Shown here: in pieces, positions 18,095 to 26,660 of the stretch
Position numbering within the stretch: position 1 is the first letter of the stretch
How the letters are laid out: every line of letters begins with the position of its first letter
Virus record (IMG/VR): IMGVR_UViG_3300025784_000006
Location: 64,001-128,000 of that record
Reading direction: 5' to 3' (one strand)
Length of the DNA: 64,000 bases
Source of the DNA: a virus
Lineage: Duplodnaviria; Caudoviricetes
The notes under the pieces: model-generated
The model's input: the letters and a program-made list of their open reading frames with translations, nothing else
Database searches by the model: none
What the model was told of the DNA's origin: nothing
Program-made: the position numbers and the translations under genes

Positions 18095-20584
18095 CTACGA
18101 CTGGACGAACGAGGCGTAGATCCCCGAGGCACTACCGGTGAGACGATCCTTCAGCGCGGCGATCGTCGTGCGGATCGCGTCCATGGTCGCCTGCGAGTCG
18201 CAGAGCGCGATCGCCGTCAACGGGACGGCAACCTCGCGAGGCAACGCGGAGAGGTCCGCCGAGTTCCCGTCGGTCGCGCGCAGGATGGCGAGGGCCGTCG
18301 CGGCGAACACGAGGTCATTCCCGCTCAGCGTCATGACGCGCGACGCGAGCGTCTGGGCCGTGCGGCGCATCTCGGCGCGGAAGGATCCCGAGCGGGCCGT
18401 GTGACCGCGCATCGTGAGCGCCGCGACCACCACGAGCGTCTGGGCGTAGGACCCGCCGAACAGGCCGTCTGCTCCCTGCTCCAGCAGGAGGTTGCGAAGC
18501 TCAGACTCTGTCACGGGCTGCCGTGCGGCACTACGGCTCAGGTCGTCCATGGAGAAGCCCAGGGTCTGGTGACCATAGCTGTCGTCGCTGCGGTCCACCG
18601 AACAGTTCAGCGAGGCCGTCCGCACCGCCATACCCTTCGGGCTACCGGCCGAGAAGGACACAGCCCCCAGGTTGCGTACGGGTGCGCCCCGCGTGACTCC
18701 GCGCGAAGAACCCCCGAGGGTCACTCCGCGCGTCATCGACTCCAGCGCACCTCCCTGGTCCTGCTCCGCGATGTTGCGGGGCATGGGGAGCACGACCGGG
18801 ATGGTCTCCGGGGCGGAGAGGTTGCGCTGGTCCGTGTGGACACCAACGAGCGCAACCTGCGAGTTGACGACCCCGAAGGTGGTGCCAAGCTCCTCCAGGG
18901 TGGCGTTGTCGGCGGCGTCGAAGCGGTAGGTGAGTCGGCGGTTCTTGAGGAGCGCCCACACCGTCGAGGCGATAGCTCCGTCGTGCGCGCCGATGGCGAT
19001 CGGGACGGAGACCTTGTAGTCCACCCCGTCCGGCCGCTGACCCGCCAGGATGAGGGTCGTACCCGGAGTGATCGCGCCACGGAACGCGAACAGCAACGGG
19101 CGGCCGGCGAACAGGTCCAGAGCCCCGACGGACTCGACGGAAACATCCCGTACCTGATCGCCCTCCTCGACCCGCACCTTGACCCCGGTGAGCAGCGGAG
19201 CGTCGATGGCGCTCTTGATCGCTGCGACAGCCCCCTCGATGGCCTCATCGGCTCCGATCGGGGTGTAGGTTCCGCGTCCGGCCTCGGCGATCGCCGCGAG
19301 CATGGCGTGGTTGACCGAGTCACCGATGCCGACCACGTACATGCGGGTGTCGTGCATGTCGGCTCGCGCCGCCTTGATGACGGCCTCGGCTCCGCTCACG
19401 TCACCGTCAGTCATGAAGATCACGACGCGCAGCGTGTGATCCATCGAGGGGCGCGGAGCCTCCTTGACCTGCACGTTGGCGATCGCCTTGTTCTGGAGGA
19501 CGACCCGCAGGGCCTCCGACGCCTCTGTGCTGCCACCGGGCTGGATGGAGTCGACGAACGCGTCCCCAGCCGCCAGGCTCTTGTCGTCGAACGGCAGGGA
19601 GGCCGGGGCGAGCGCGACCTGCTCGTCGTCGAAGGCCACGATGTTGAAGCGGTCCTGCGGACCGAGCGCCCGCAGGCACCCCTTGACCGCGCGCTGCGCG
19701 GCCCTCATGGGGGATCCCCCCATCGAGCCGGAGCGGTCGACCAGGAAGACGACCTCGCGGGGGATCGTCACCCCCTCGTCGGCGAAGCGCGGCGCGAGGA
19801 TGGCGACCGCCGTGGTGGGACCCTTGCCGTCCGGCCCCTGCGTGGCGTCGTACCGCACCCACACCTTGGGGTTCTGGCCGTCCGGGCGGTCCTGGATCTC
19901 GATGACCACGTCGCGGTCCAGGGCGACCTTGTCCACCAGGACCTCGGTCGACCCATCGTCGTCGCAGCGCGTCTTCGCGACGGTCGCCTGGTGGCTCAGG
20001 CAGCGCACCTCCAGGTCGTCACGAATCCCGACCTTGACGGTGGCACGAGCCGCGAGCGTCAGGGGACGTGGCCGGTCCAGGGCAGCCTTCTCGGTTTCCT
20101 TGAGCTTGGTCGGGTCCTCGACGTAGCGCGGCATGTAGGTCGTGGGGATGACAAGCCGATATCCGTCGGTCACCGGCAGGAGCGGGCTCTCCAGGACCAC
20201 CAGGACCTCGACGTCCTCCTTGTCCTCGATGGGAGCGACCCGCAGGCGGCCGAAGTCCTCCCCCTCGGACTCACCGAGGATGGCGGTGTGCCCGGCCGCC
20301 ACGGCCTTCTTGTACTCGACCTGCGCACGCTCGCGCGGACGGAACTGCCCCTTGATCTCCCGGCTCCCCACCTTGACGGTGAGATCCCGCAGGGCACCGA
20401 ACGCGGGCATCGGGAACACCAGGTCCCCCTCGGCGACGCGGCCTGAGTCGTTGTTGAAGGTGATGCGGAGCGCGGATCGCGCCACGGGACCGTCGACGCT
20501 CACGTCGGCGTCGACGCCGCGCACGGCAAGGAAGCCGCCGCCTGCGTCCTGGAGCTTTACGGGGACAAGGGTCTGTTCGGGCAT
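18095..20584 (-). CDS. VIT (vault protein inter-alpha-trypsin) plus vWA domain protein
   Basis: N-terminal VIT pattern (F.N.S...AEG.LVFPMP...RERAQVEYKKAVAAG..A.L.E). vWA: VVFLVDRSGSMGG, GGSTE, IFMTDG, VGIGDSVN. Confidence 0.9.
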   Translation of the reverse strand: MPEQTLVPVKLQDAGGGFLAVRGVDADVSVDGPVARSALRITFNNDSGRVAEGDLVFPMPAFGALRDLTVKVGSREIKGQFRPRERAQVEYKKAVAAGHTAILGESEGEDFGRLRVAPIEDKEDVEVLVVLESPLLPVTDGYRLVIPTTYMPRYVEDPTKLKETEKAALDRPRPLTLAARATVKVGIRDDLEVRCLSHQATVAKTRCDDDGSTEVLVDKVALDRDVVIEIQDRPDGQNPKVWVRYDATQGPDGKGPTTAVAILAPRFADEGVTIPREVVFLVDRSGSMGGSPMRAAQRAVKGCLRALGPQDRFNIVAFDDEQVALAPASLPFDDKSLAAGDAFVDSIQPGGSTEASEALRVVLQNKAIANVQVKEAPRPSMDHTLRVVIFMTDGDVSGAEAVIKAARADMHDTRMYVVGIGDSVNHAMLAAIAEAGRGTYTPIGADEAIEGAVAAIKSAIDAPLLTGVKVRVEEGDQVRDVSVESVGALDLFAGRPLLFAFRGAITPGTTLILAGQRPDGVDYKVSVPIAIGAHDGAIASTVWALLKNRRLTYRFDAADNATLEELGTTFGVVNSQVALVGVHTDQRNLSAPETIPVVLPMPRNIAEQDQGGALESMTRGVTLGGSSRGVTRGAPVRNLGAVSFSAGSPKGMAVRTASLNCSVDRSDDSYGHQTLGFSMDDLSRSAARQPVTESELRNLLLEQGADGLFGGSYAQTLVVVAALTMRGHTARSGSFRAEMRRTAQTLASRVMTLSGNDLVFAATALAILRATDGNSADLSALPREVAVPLTAIALCDSQATMDAIRTTIAALKDRLTGSASGIYASFVQS

Positions 20585-20658
20585 CGGAGTGTACCTCTGG
20601 GTCTGGGGTATGACCCCCAGGACGGGGGCCGCTAGCCTTAGAGAGTACGCACCAATTC

Positions 20659-20698
20659 GATCGGAGCTGACACCCCGCGTGAAACCCCAGCTCCGATC
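20659..20698. promoter_or_regulatory. 11-bp perfect inverted repeat between divergent genes
   Basis: GATCGGAGCTG-N18-CAGCTCCGATC. Confidence 0.55.
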
Positions 20699-20723
20699 AT
20701 CGAAGAATCATCGACTCAAGGGC

Positions 20724-20891
20724 ATGAACACCCCGAACTACGAAGACTGCCCCAAGTGTGGGCTTCCGATGTGCGAGCAGCAGTACCCCCGGCAGGAGGT
20801 CTGCCGGTGTCACGAGAAGGAAGAGGAGGAGGAGACGGAGGAGGAGACGGAGGAGGAGAGCGCCGGAGAGGCCCCCGGCGCTCAGAGCTAG
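20724..20891 (+). CDS. 55-aa zinc-finger peptide with an acidic tail
   Basis: MNTPNYEDCPKCGLPMC...VCRCH followed by a Glu-rich tail. AAGG SD. Confidence 0.6.
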   Translation: MNTPNYEDCPKCGLPMCEQQYPRQEVCRCHEKEEEEETEEETEEESAGEAPGAQS

Positions 20892-21802
20892 CGGGTGATG
20901 ATGAGGCGCGAGAGGCCGAGCGGGTTGTGGCAGATGAAGCCGAGCTGCTCGAAGACCGAGAAGCCGATCTGCCGCTTCACGGGGTCGTCCGCCGACAGGA
21001 CCGTGAGCTCGGTGCGAACCGGGATGCGGCCGAAGTACTCCGGCTCGCAGCACACGTAGCCGACGCCGACCGGGACGATGATGGACACGATGATCCGTGC
21101 CCCGTAGATCGTCCCGAGGATGCCGGTGTTGAGCAGCGTGTTCTGCGTGTCGAAGTCGAGGATCTCCCGACCGAACTTTCGCAGGTCCGCGTAGTCACGC
21201 GCGTTCAGGAAGAAGTGCGCGACCCGCAGGTTGTTCCGCTCGACGAGCGCGTAGCTGTCCGCGATCTGCTGACCCGACAGCGGGGCCACCACCGGGATGT
21301 CCGGGTTGGTCTGGCCGGGGATGTTGTCGAATCCCGCCTCGGCGGTCGAGTCGATGATGACGAACACACGGTCGTCCTCGCTCGCCATGATCTGGGCCTT
21401 GGCCAGCTCCTGGCAGCGCTCGATCAGGTCGTACCGGCGCTCCTTGATCTGCTGGTACGGGATCATCGGAGCCGTCGCGATCTCGATGAGGGGGACGTTG
21501 ACCCGGCGCGGCTTGATGATGGCCTGCACCGACTCGCCGTCCTCCCCCACGACAAAGGCCGCTACTTCCGGATCCTTGTCGTAGATGGCCAGCGCGCCGT
21601 CAGGAAGCTGGTCGACCTTGAACGCCTTGCGGCCGACCGCCTGGTAGTCGCGCTTGAGACGCAGCGGCTGCTGCATGGAGGCGGCCAGCTTCTGGAAGCC
21701 ACCCTTGGTCTTGAGCAGGCGTCCGATCACCTGCTGCTTGTGCGCTGCGATCGAAGCCGGATCGGAACCGGGAGCGCCGTTCTGCATGTTGGGCGTGTTC
21801 AT
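20888..21802 (-). CDS. Major capsid protein (HK97-like fold)
   Basis: 304 aa, last gene of a portal-protease-scaffold series. Long spine-helix-like RRYDLIERCQELAKAQIMASEDDRVF and LGTIYGARIIVS. Strong AAGGA SD. Confidence 0.8.
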   Translation of the reverse strand: MNTPNMQNGAPGSDPASIAAHKQQVIGRLLKTKGGFQKLAASMQQPLRLKRDYQAVGRKAFKVDQLPDGALAIYDKDPEVAAFVVGEDGESVQAIIKPRRVNVPLIEIATAPMIPYQQIKERRYDLIERCQELAKAQIMASEDDRVFVIIDSTAEAGFDNIPGQTNPDIPVVAPLSGQQIADSYALVERNNLRVAHFFLNARDYADLRKFGREILDFDTQNTLLNTGILGTIYGARIIVSIIVPVGVGYVCCEPEYFGRIPVRTELTVLSADDPVKRQIGFSVFEQLGFICHNPLGLSRLIITR

Positions 21803-21817
21803 GGGGGTTCCTTTCCG

Positions 21818-22561
21818 TTAGATGCGCTGGTCGTACACGAGGCCCGGGTGAGAGGAGTCGGGCACCATCTTGAGGACACCGATGGTGGTCGCCGGCCCGC
21901 CCCGCTGCATGATGGTCAGCAGGTTCGCCGCCGTGTCCATCGGGACCTGGGTCCGCACGTAGCTCTCCGCGGTCACCGTGGCGACCTGCTCGACGTTGTA
22001 CCGGGTGCCGCCCTTGCCGGTGATGACGCGCGGCATGAGGAACCCGTTGCGGCTCGACACGAGCTCCGCGCCCGGCACGTACAGGATCTCCGTCTTGGCC
22101 GGCGCGTTGGCCGGGTCGACGTCCGCGATGAGGTGGGTCTCGTACAGACCGTTCTTGTACGTTCCACCACCACTCATGTACGTGAGGATCCCGCTGCCCG
22201 CCGTCGTGGTGTTGTCGAACGCGTTGTTGCCCGTCGAGGTGTTGAAGTACACCCCCAGCGGCCGGTAGTTGTTCGAGTAGTCCGGGTTGAGCTTGATCTT
22301 GTTCTGGATGTCGGGATCGCCAGGTCCACCGGTGACGTCGTTGCCCGCATCAGGGCGCACGAACGCGACGCTGCCCGAGAGGGCACCGCGCTTCACGGGG
22401 TTGACGTACCGGCTGATAGTGCCCGGGGTCGCGACAGCACACGGGTTTAGCTGGGTCAGGCCATCGTCGGCCAGCCCGGAGAACCCGTTCTGAATTGCCC
22501 GGTAGATCACCGTCAGTGCGGTGGCAGATCCCAGGAACGCTTGCGACGTCTGTCCGATCAT
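21818..22561 (-). CDS. Putative capsid decoration/cement protein
   Basis: Directly upstream of the capsid gene; Gly/Thr/Asn-rich beta composition (RPLGVYFN, GELVSSRNGFL). Confidence 0.55.
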   Translation of the reverse strand: MIGQTSQAFLGSATALTVIYRAIQNGFSGLADDGLTQLNPCAVATPGTISRYVNPVKRGALSGSVAFVRPDAGNDVTGGPGDPDIQNKIKLNPDYSNNYRPLGVYFNTSTGNNAFDNTTTAGSGILTYMSGGGTYKNGLYETHLIADVDPANAPAKTEILYVPGAELVSSRNGFLMPRVITGKGGTRYNVEQVATVTAESYVRTQVPMDTAANLLTIMQRGGPATTIGVLKMVPDSSHPGLVYDQRI

Positions 22562-22738
22562 CGTCTTGATGTCCTTGTTTACAAACGGGAGAGTTCTGGG
22601 TCGTCTGACGACCGAGGCACCTCGCCTCGGTCACGTATGACCTGGGCGAGCACATATACGAGCTATTGAGGAAAACGGGGGGAGGAGAGAAAAAACTTCA
22701 GGGAGGGAAGCCGACGTGAGCCCCAGAGGGCTCACGGG

Positions 22739-24511
22739 CTAGGAGTTCCAGAGGATGGAGAGCTCGTCGACCGACATGTCTTCGGGGCGGCGACGGCCGC
22801 CACCCATCCCGGCCGGCTTGGCCGTGCTGGCCTGGCGAGCCATGCCCGCCGCACCGAGAGCCTTCGCCCCGTTGGAGGCGCGACGCGGTTGCGGGTTGAG
22901 GGGCAGGTTGCCAGCGGTCTGGCCGCCACCGAACACTTCGTCGACCACCGCCTGGTCCGCGGCAGACATCGGCGCGATCCCTTCGTCGAAGAACGCCGAG
23001 GAGGCCATGGGCTCCGACCCCTCATCTTCGTCCTCTTCCGCAGCTCCCTCGTCCTCCGCGAGGATCGAGGCAGCCTGGGAGTCCGTACCCTCGTCCTTGT
23101 CGTCGTCCGCACCATCGCCCTCAGCGGCCTGCTTCACCTTGGGGCGCTTGGACGCCGTGGGGGTCCGGCTGGCAGTCGGCATACCGCTCGTCTGCTCGTC
23201 ATCGTCACCCGCCTTGTCGTCGTCCTCCTCCGCAGCCTGCTTGCCCTTGGGGGGCTTCTTGGCGGCAGCGCTCGCGGCCGGACGCTTCGAGGCGGTCGGG
23301 GCCTTGGCGGCCTCCTTGTTCGCCTCGTCCTCCTCCTTCTTGTCCTTGATGAACGGAGGGAGGTCGGAGTCGTCACCAGCCGACTTGCCGGAGTCGTCCG
23401 TACCACCGTCCTCGCCCATCTCCTCCTTCTCGCCCTCGGACTCCGCGACGCGAGCAGCCAGCGTCGCGTCCTGCGGCTTGAGGGCCGGAGTGCCGGCGAC
23501 CGGAGCCTGGACCCCGAGGCCCTTGTAGAGGTCCTCGGCCGAGATCACGCCGTCCTCGTTGCGGTCGAGCGCCGCGAACAACATGCGCGACCCCTTCCAC
23601 TCGGAGGCGAGCACCTTGCCGTCACGGTTCCCGTCGAGGGCCGCGAACAGGCTCTTGGCGGAGCTCGCGGTGAGAGCGCGCTGCGCAGCTTCCTTGGTGG
23701 CAGCCGACTTGGCGCTCGCTGGGATGAGGCGGTCCTCGATCATCGCGAGGCGCTGCCCCTGGGTCTTCACCGCGCTCTGGATGTCCTTGAGCGCGCTCAT
23801 CACTTGCTTGTTCATGGCGTCATCACTCCCGAACACGCCTCCGTCATCGAGGGTGCCTTCGTCGAGGTCGTCGAGGTCGTCGTCTCCGTCATCGAAGCTG
23901 CCGAGGCCCACGTCGGCCACGTCCTCCACGGGAGGTCCGAGCGGCGCGGCGTCCATCGTGTCATCGACCATCAGGTCGTCACCCATGACACCGCCCTCAC
24001 CACACGCCTGCTGGCTGGTCGCCAGCTGGCTCGTAGCGGCCGGGGTCGCCTGCTCCAGGCGCGCCAGGCGGTCCGGGTCGGACATGAGGACCGTCCCGAG
24101 ATGTACCACGTCGTCCTCGCTCGCCTTGGTGCCGAGGAAGGAGCGCGCGGCCTTGGTGCAGCGGACCGCGAGCTTCTTGATCCGCAGCTTCTCCGCCGCG
24201 ACGCGCTGACGCGAGGCCGTCATGGGCTCCCGCGTCTTGGAGTACATCGCGGGATGGTCCTTGTCGAACTCGTCGTAGCCCGGATTGGCCGGCGGGTTGC
24301 CTTCCTTGTAGGGAGGCGGCGTCTGGTCCTCAGCCCACGCAGAGGGGTCGCCCTTGGCGAGGTCAGCCTCTGTGGGCTGTGGGTACGAGGCCGGATGCTC
24401 ATTCTGGAGGTCCGACTCGTAGCCAGGGTTCGCGGGGGGATCGTTCATCGCGGCCGACCGGGCCTTCCAGGTTGTCCGCGTACGAAGCGGCTTGTGGTCG
24501 TTGATGCTCAT
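22739..24511 (-). CDS. Putative scaffold/core protein with an EF-hand pair
   Basis: Acidic and low-complexity, located between protease and capsid genes. FAALDGNRDGKVLASEW and FAALDRNEDGVISAEDL. Confidence 0.6.
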   Translation of the reverse strand: MSINDHKPLRTRTTWKARSAAMNDPPANPGYESDLQNEHPASYPQPTEADLAKGDPSAWAEDQTPPPYKEGNPPANPGYDEFDKDHPAMYSKTREPMTASRQRVAAEKLRIKKLAVRCTKAARSFLGTKASEDDVVHLGTVLMSDPDRLARLEQATPAATSQLATSQQACGEGGVMGDDLMVDDTMDAAPLGPPVEDVADVGLGSFDDGDDDLDDLDEGTLDDGGVFGSDDAMNKQVMSALKDIQSAVKTQGQRLAMIEDRLIPASAKSAATKEAAQRALTASSAKSLFAALDGNRDGKVLASEWKGSRMLFAALDRNEDGVISAEDLYKGLGVQAPVAGTPALKPQDATLAARVAESEGEKEEMGEDGGTDDSGKSAGDDSDLPPFIKDKKEEDEANKEAAKAPTASKRPAASAAAKKPPKGKQAAEEDDDKAGDDDEQTSGMPTASRTPTASKRPKVKQAAEGDGADDDKDEGTDSQAASILAEDEGAAEEDEDEGSEPMASSAFFDEGIAPMSAADQAVVDEVFGGGQTAGNLPLNPQPRRASNGAKALGAAGMARQASTAKPAGMGGGRRRPEDMSVDELSILWNS

Positions 24512-24600
24512 CTTGGATCTCCTAAGATCGGGAGAGGGCCGTGTTTTATGCTCTCAACCGGGCTCTCGGCCGCTCATTCGAGCGACAGAGCAAAGTGCAA

Positions 24601-26097
24601 CTATTGAGGTTTAGGGGTGCGCGACCCTGGCAGAAGCCTCGCGACCCGCAGTGCTGTCTCCGCCTCGCCTCGGGTTAGGGGCCTTCCCACCTCGATCCCA
24701 CACCGAGTCAGGAAGTCGACGCGTCGCCCCGCACGCAACAGGGGAGCGGCCCTCCCGATCGCGGTGGCGAATCGCGGGGACATGGAGGACCCGAGCCCCG
24801 CCAGCAGACCCGGGAGCCCGCGAAGGAAGGCTGCGTCATCCATGGCGGCCTGCGCGTAGGAGGCGATCGCGTGGCGACGCCTCGCTACGGCCCCAAGCCG
24901 GGACAGGTTGTCGTTGTCGTCAGGAGCCCCCGGTACCGTGTCGCGAACGCCGCCCTCGTCCATGCGCTCGCGGATCTTACTGACGGCTCGCTGGTAGATG
25001 TAGTTCTGGACCTGGTCAATCGCGTCGTCCAGGGGGGATGCCGGGGGCTGCGTGGGTGTGGAGGACTCGTCTTCTCCAACTTCTCCGGAATCATCCTGCG
25101 TGAAGTCTGAGGCGTCATCTGCTCGACGAGTGGCCGTACGGGCAGCTCCTCCCTTCCAGGACCCTGGCACCACCTTCTTCTTGGCGACCTTTCCTTCAGG
25201 AGGCCCACCCTCAGGGGGTTCCAACACTCCACGGCTCACCGCGCCCTTGAACGCAGGCCCCTCCACCCAAGACGCCTCCTTGAACACCACTCCACCCGTT
25301 GGGTCGATCGTCTCGTGCCCGCAGATCTCCGCGACACGAGACGGCTCCCCGTCCTCGTCCGTGAACATCTGGCCCTTGAAGTGCCGGACGCAGGGGCACA
25401 GCTCCGTGTCGTCGACCGACCAGTGCCCGCAGCACGAGCAGATGGTGCCCACGACGTCGCACCCCATCGACATCTTGTCGATGGACCCGTCGAGGATGCC
25501 CGCGCACAGCTCCTCATGCTCCCTGGAGGTCGCTACCAAGATGTCTACGTACAGGGTCGGACCGAGGTTGCGGATCGCAGCGTCGAGCAGCCGCCCCTTG
25601 GACAGAGCCTCGACCTGGACGTGCTCGATGAAGTTGTGACCCCCGACGAACGTGCGGTAGCTCTTGAGGAGCACACCCCGCGAGAAGGCGTCGTTGTTGT
25701 CGTTGATGTACTTCTGCGTGGGTCGGGAGATGCGAAAGTCCCCGTATCGACGGTTCGGCTTGAACCCCGCCGGACCGAGGACGTGGAGCATCGACCGGAA
25801 GTCGAACGAGGCGAGGCGACCCGCCCCAAGGAACCCAGACCCCTGAGGGACATCTGGGTTCTTGGGCTCGTAAGTATCGACGGACGCGACGATCGTCGCG
25901 TGCGAGAGTACGTACTCGGCGGGGTTGAAGTGTTCTCCGACGATGTCGGAGGCTACATCCACGATGGACTGACGCGTCGAGCTACACCGCGCAACGATCC
26001 TACGCTTCCGCGCTCCATCGGCCAGGAAGTCAGGCCAGTCGGTCGTACGCAGGTTGGCGTGTGCGACGCAAGCCCGCCCGTAGACACGCTTAGCCAC
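24601..26097 (-). CDS. Putative prohead maturation protease
   Basis: NDNNDAF...YRTFVGGHNFIEH...SKGRLLDA...MSMGCDV..TICSCCG...FKEASWVEGPAF, an HK97/assemblin-like H...S pattern with a Cys-rich insert; head-module position. Confidence 0.65.
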   Translation of the reverse strand: MAKRVYGRACVAHANLRTTDWPDFLADGARKRRIVARCSSTRQSIVDVASDIVGEHFNPAEYVLSHATIVASVDTYEPKNPDVPQGSGFLGAGRLASFDFRSMLHVLGPAGFKPNRRYGDFRISRPTQKYINDNNDAFSRGVLLKSYRTFVGGHNFIEHVQVEALSKGRLLDAAIRNLGPTLYVDILVATSREHEELCAGILDGSIDKMSMGCDVVGTICSCCGHWSVDDTELCPCVRHFKGQMFTDEDGEPSRVAEICGHETIDPTGGVVFKEASWVEGPAFKGAVSRGVLEPPEGGPPEGKVAKKKVVPGSWKGGAARTATRRADDASDFTQDDSGEVGEDESSTPTQPPASPLDDAIDQVQNYIYQRAVSKIRERMDEGGVRDTVPGAPDDNDNLSRLGAVARRRHAIASYAQAAMDDAAFLRGLPGLLAGLGSSMSPRFATAIGRAAPLLRAGRRVDFLTRCGIEVGRPLTRGEAETALRVARLLPGSRTPKPQ

Positions 26098-26100
26098 GAA

Positions 26101-26646
26101 TCACCGCCCTCGGCCGCTGGAGGCCATCACGAACGACGGGTGCCCCTCGATGTCGCAAGGGTCGACCAGGAACTTACACTTCCAACACGCCAGGATGCGC
26201 ATGTTGGCTCCTCCCTGTCGCCGGTGTGTGGCCCCCAGCATGCGCTTTCCGCACCGCGGACAGGCGTAGTGCCCAGAAGATCGCTCGTCCCCGTTGGCTC
26301 GGTACTTTCGGTCGGGAGCCGCCCAGTAGATCGCCTGCTTCTGGATCGGCATGACCTTCTGAACCGGACTCATCGACTCCGAGATCGTCGGGGTCAGGTT
26401 GCGAGACACAAGCTGGATCTCCTCAACGGAGATGCGCTGGATCCCGTGGGGCCACTGTACGTCAGCCATCCCTGTCGCAGGATAGACGGCCAGAAGCCGC
26501 CCTACCGCGTCGTGGTTTCCCAGGAACGTAGCCACCACGTCACCTGGATAGTAGGTGCGGGCGAGCTCCTGTGTGTCCACGAAGCCGCGGCGGGGACGCC
26601 ACGACGCTATGAGGCGACGCGCGATCCTCTTGTCGGTGGGGTGCAT
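26101..26646 (-). CDS. Hypothetical protein with a C-terminal zinc ribbon
   Basis: YACPRCG...LACWKCKF. Confidence 0.7.
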   Translation of the reverse strand: MHPTDKRIARRLIASWRPRRGFVDTQELARTYYPGDVVATFLGNHDAVGRLLAVYPATGMADVQWPHGIQRISVEEIQLVSRNLTPTISESMSPVQKVMPIQKQAIYWAAPDRKYRANGDERSSGHYACPRCGKRMLGATHRRQGGANMRILACWKCKFLVDPCDIEGHPSFVMASSGRGR

Positions 26647-26660
26647 CGGGGGTTCTGCCC

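Noticed and set aside
17948-20446. 832-aa + strand ORF and other long + strand ORFs (e.g. 20756-22450, 22889-24607, 25315-26826)
   Set aside because: Antisense shadows of clear minus-strand genes in high-GC DNA; Arg/Gly/His-rich with no motifs.
20888-21802. Encapsulin nanocompartment
   Set aside because: Embedded in a terminase-portal-protease-scaffold module with a tail sheath in the same window, so it is a phage capsid.
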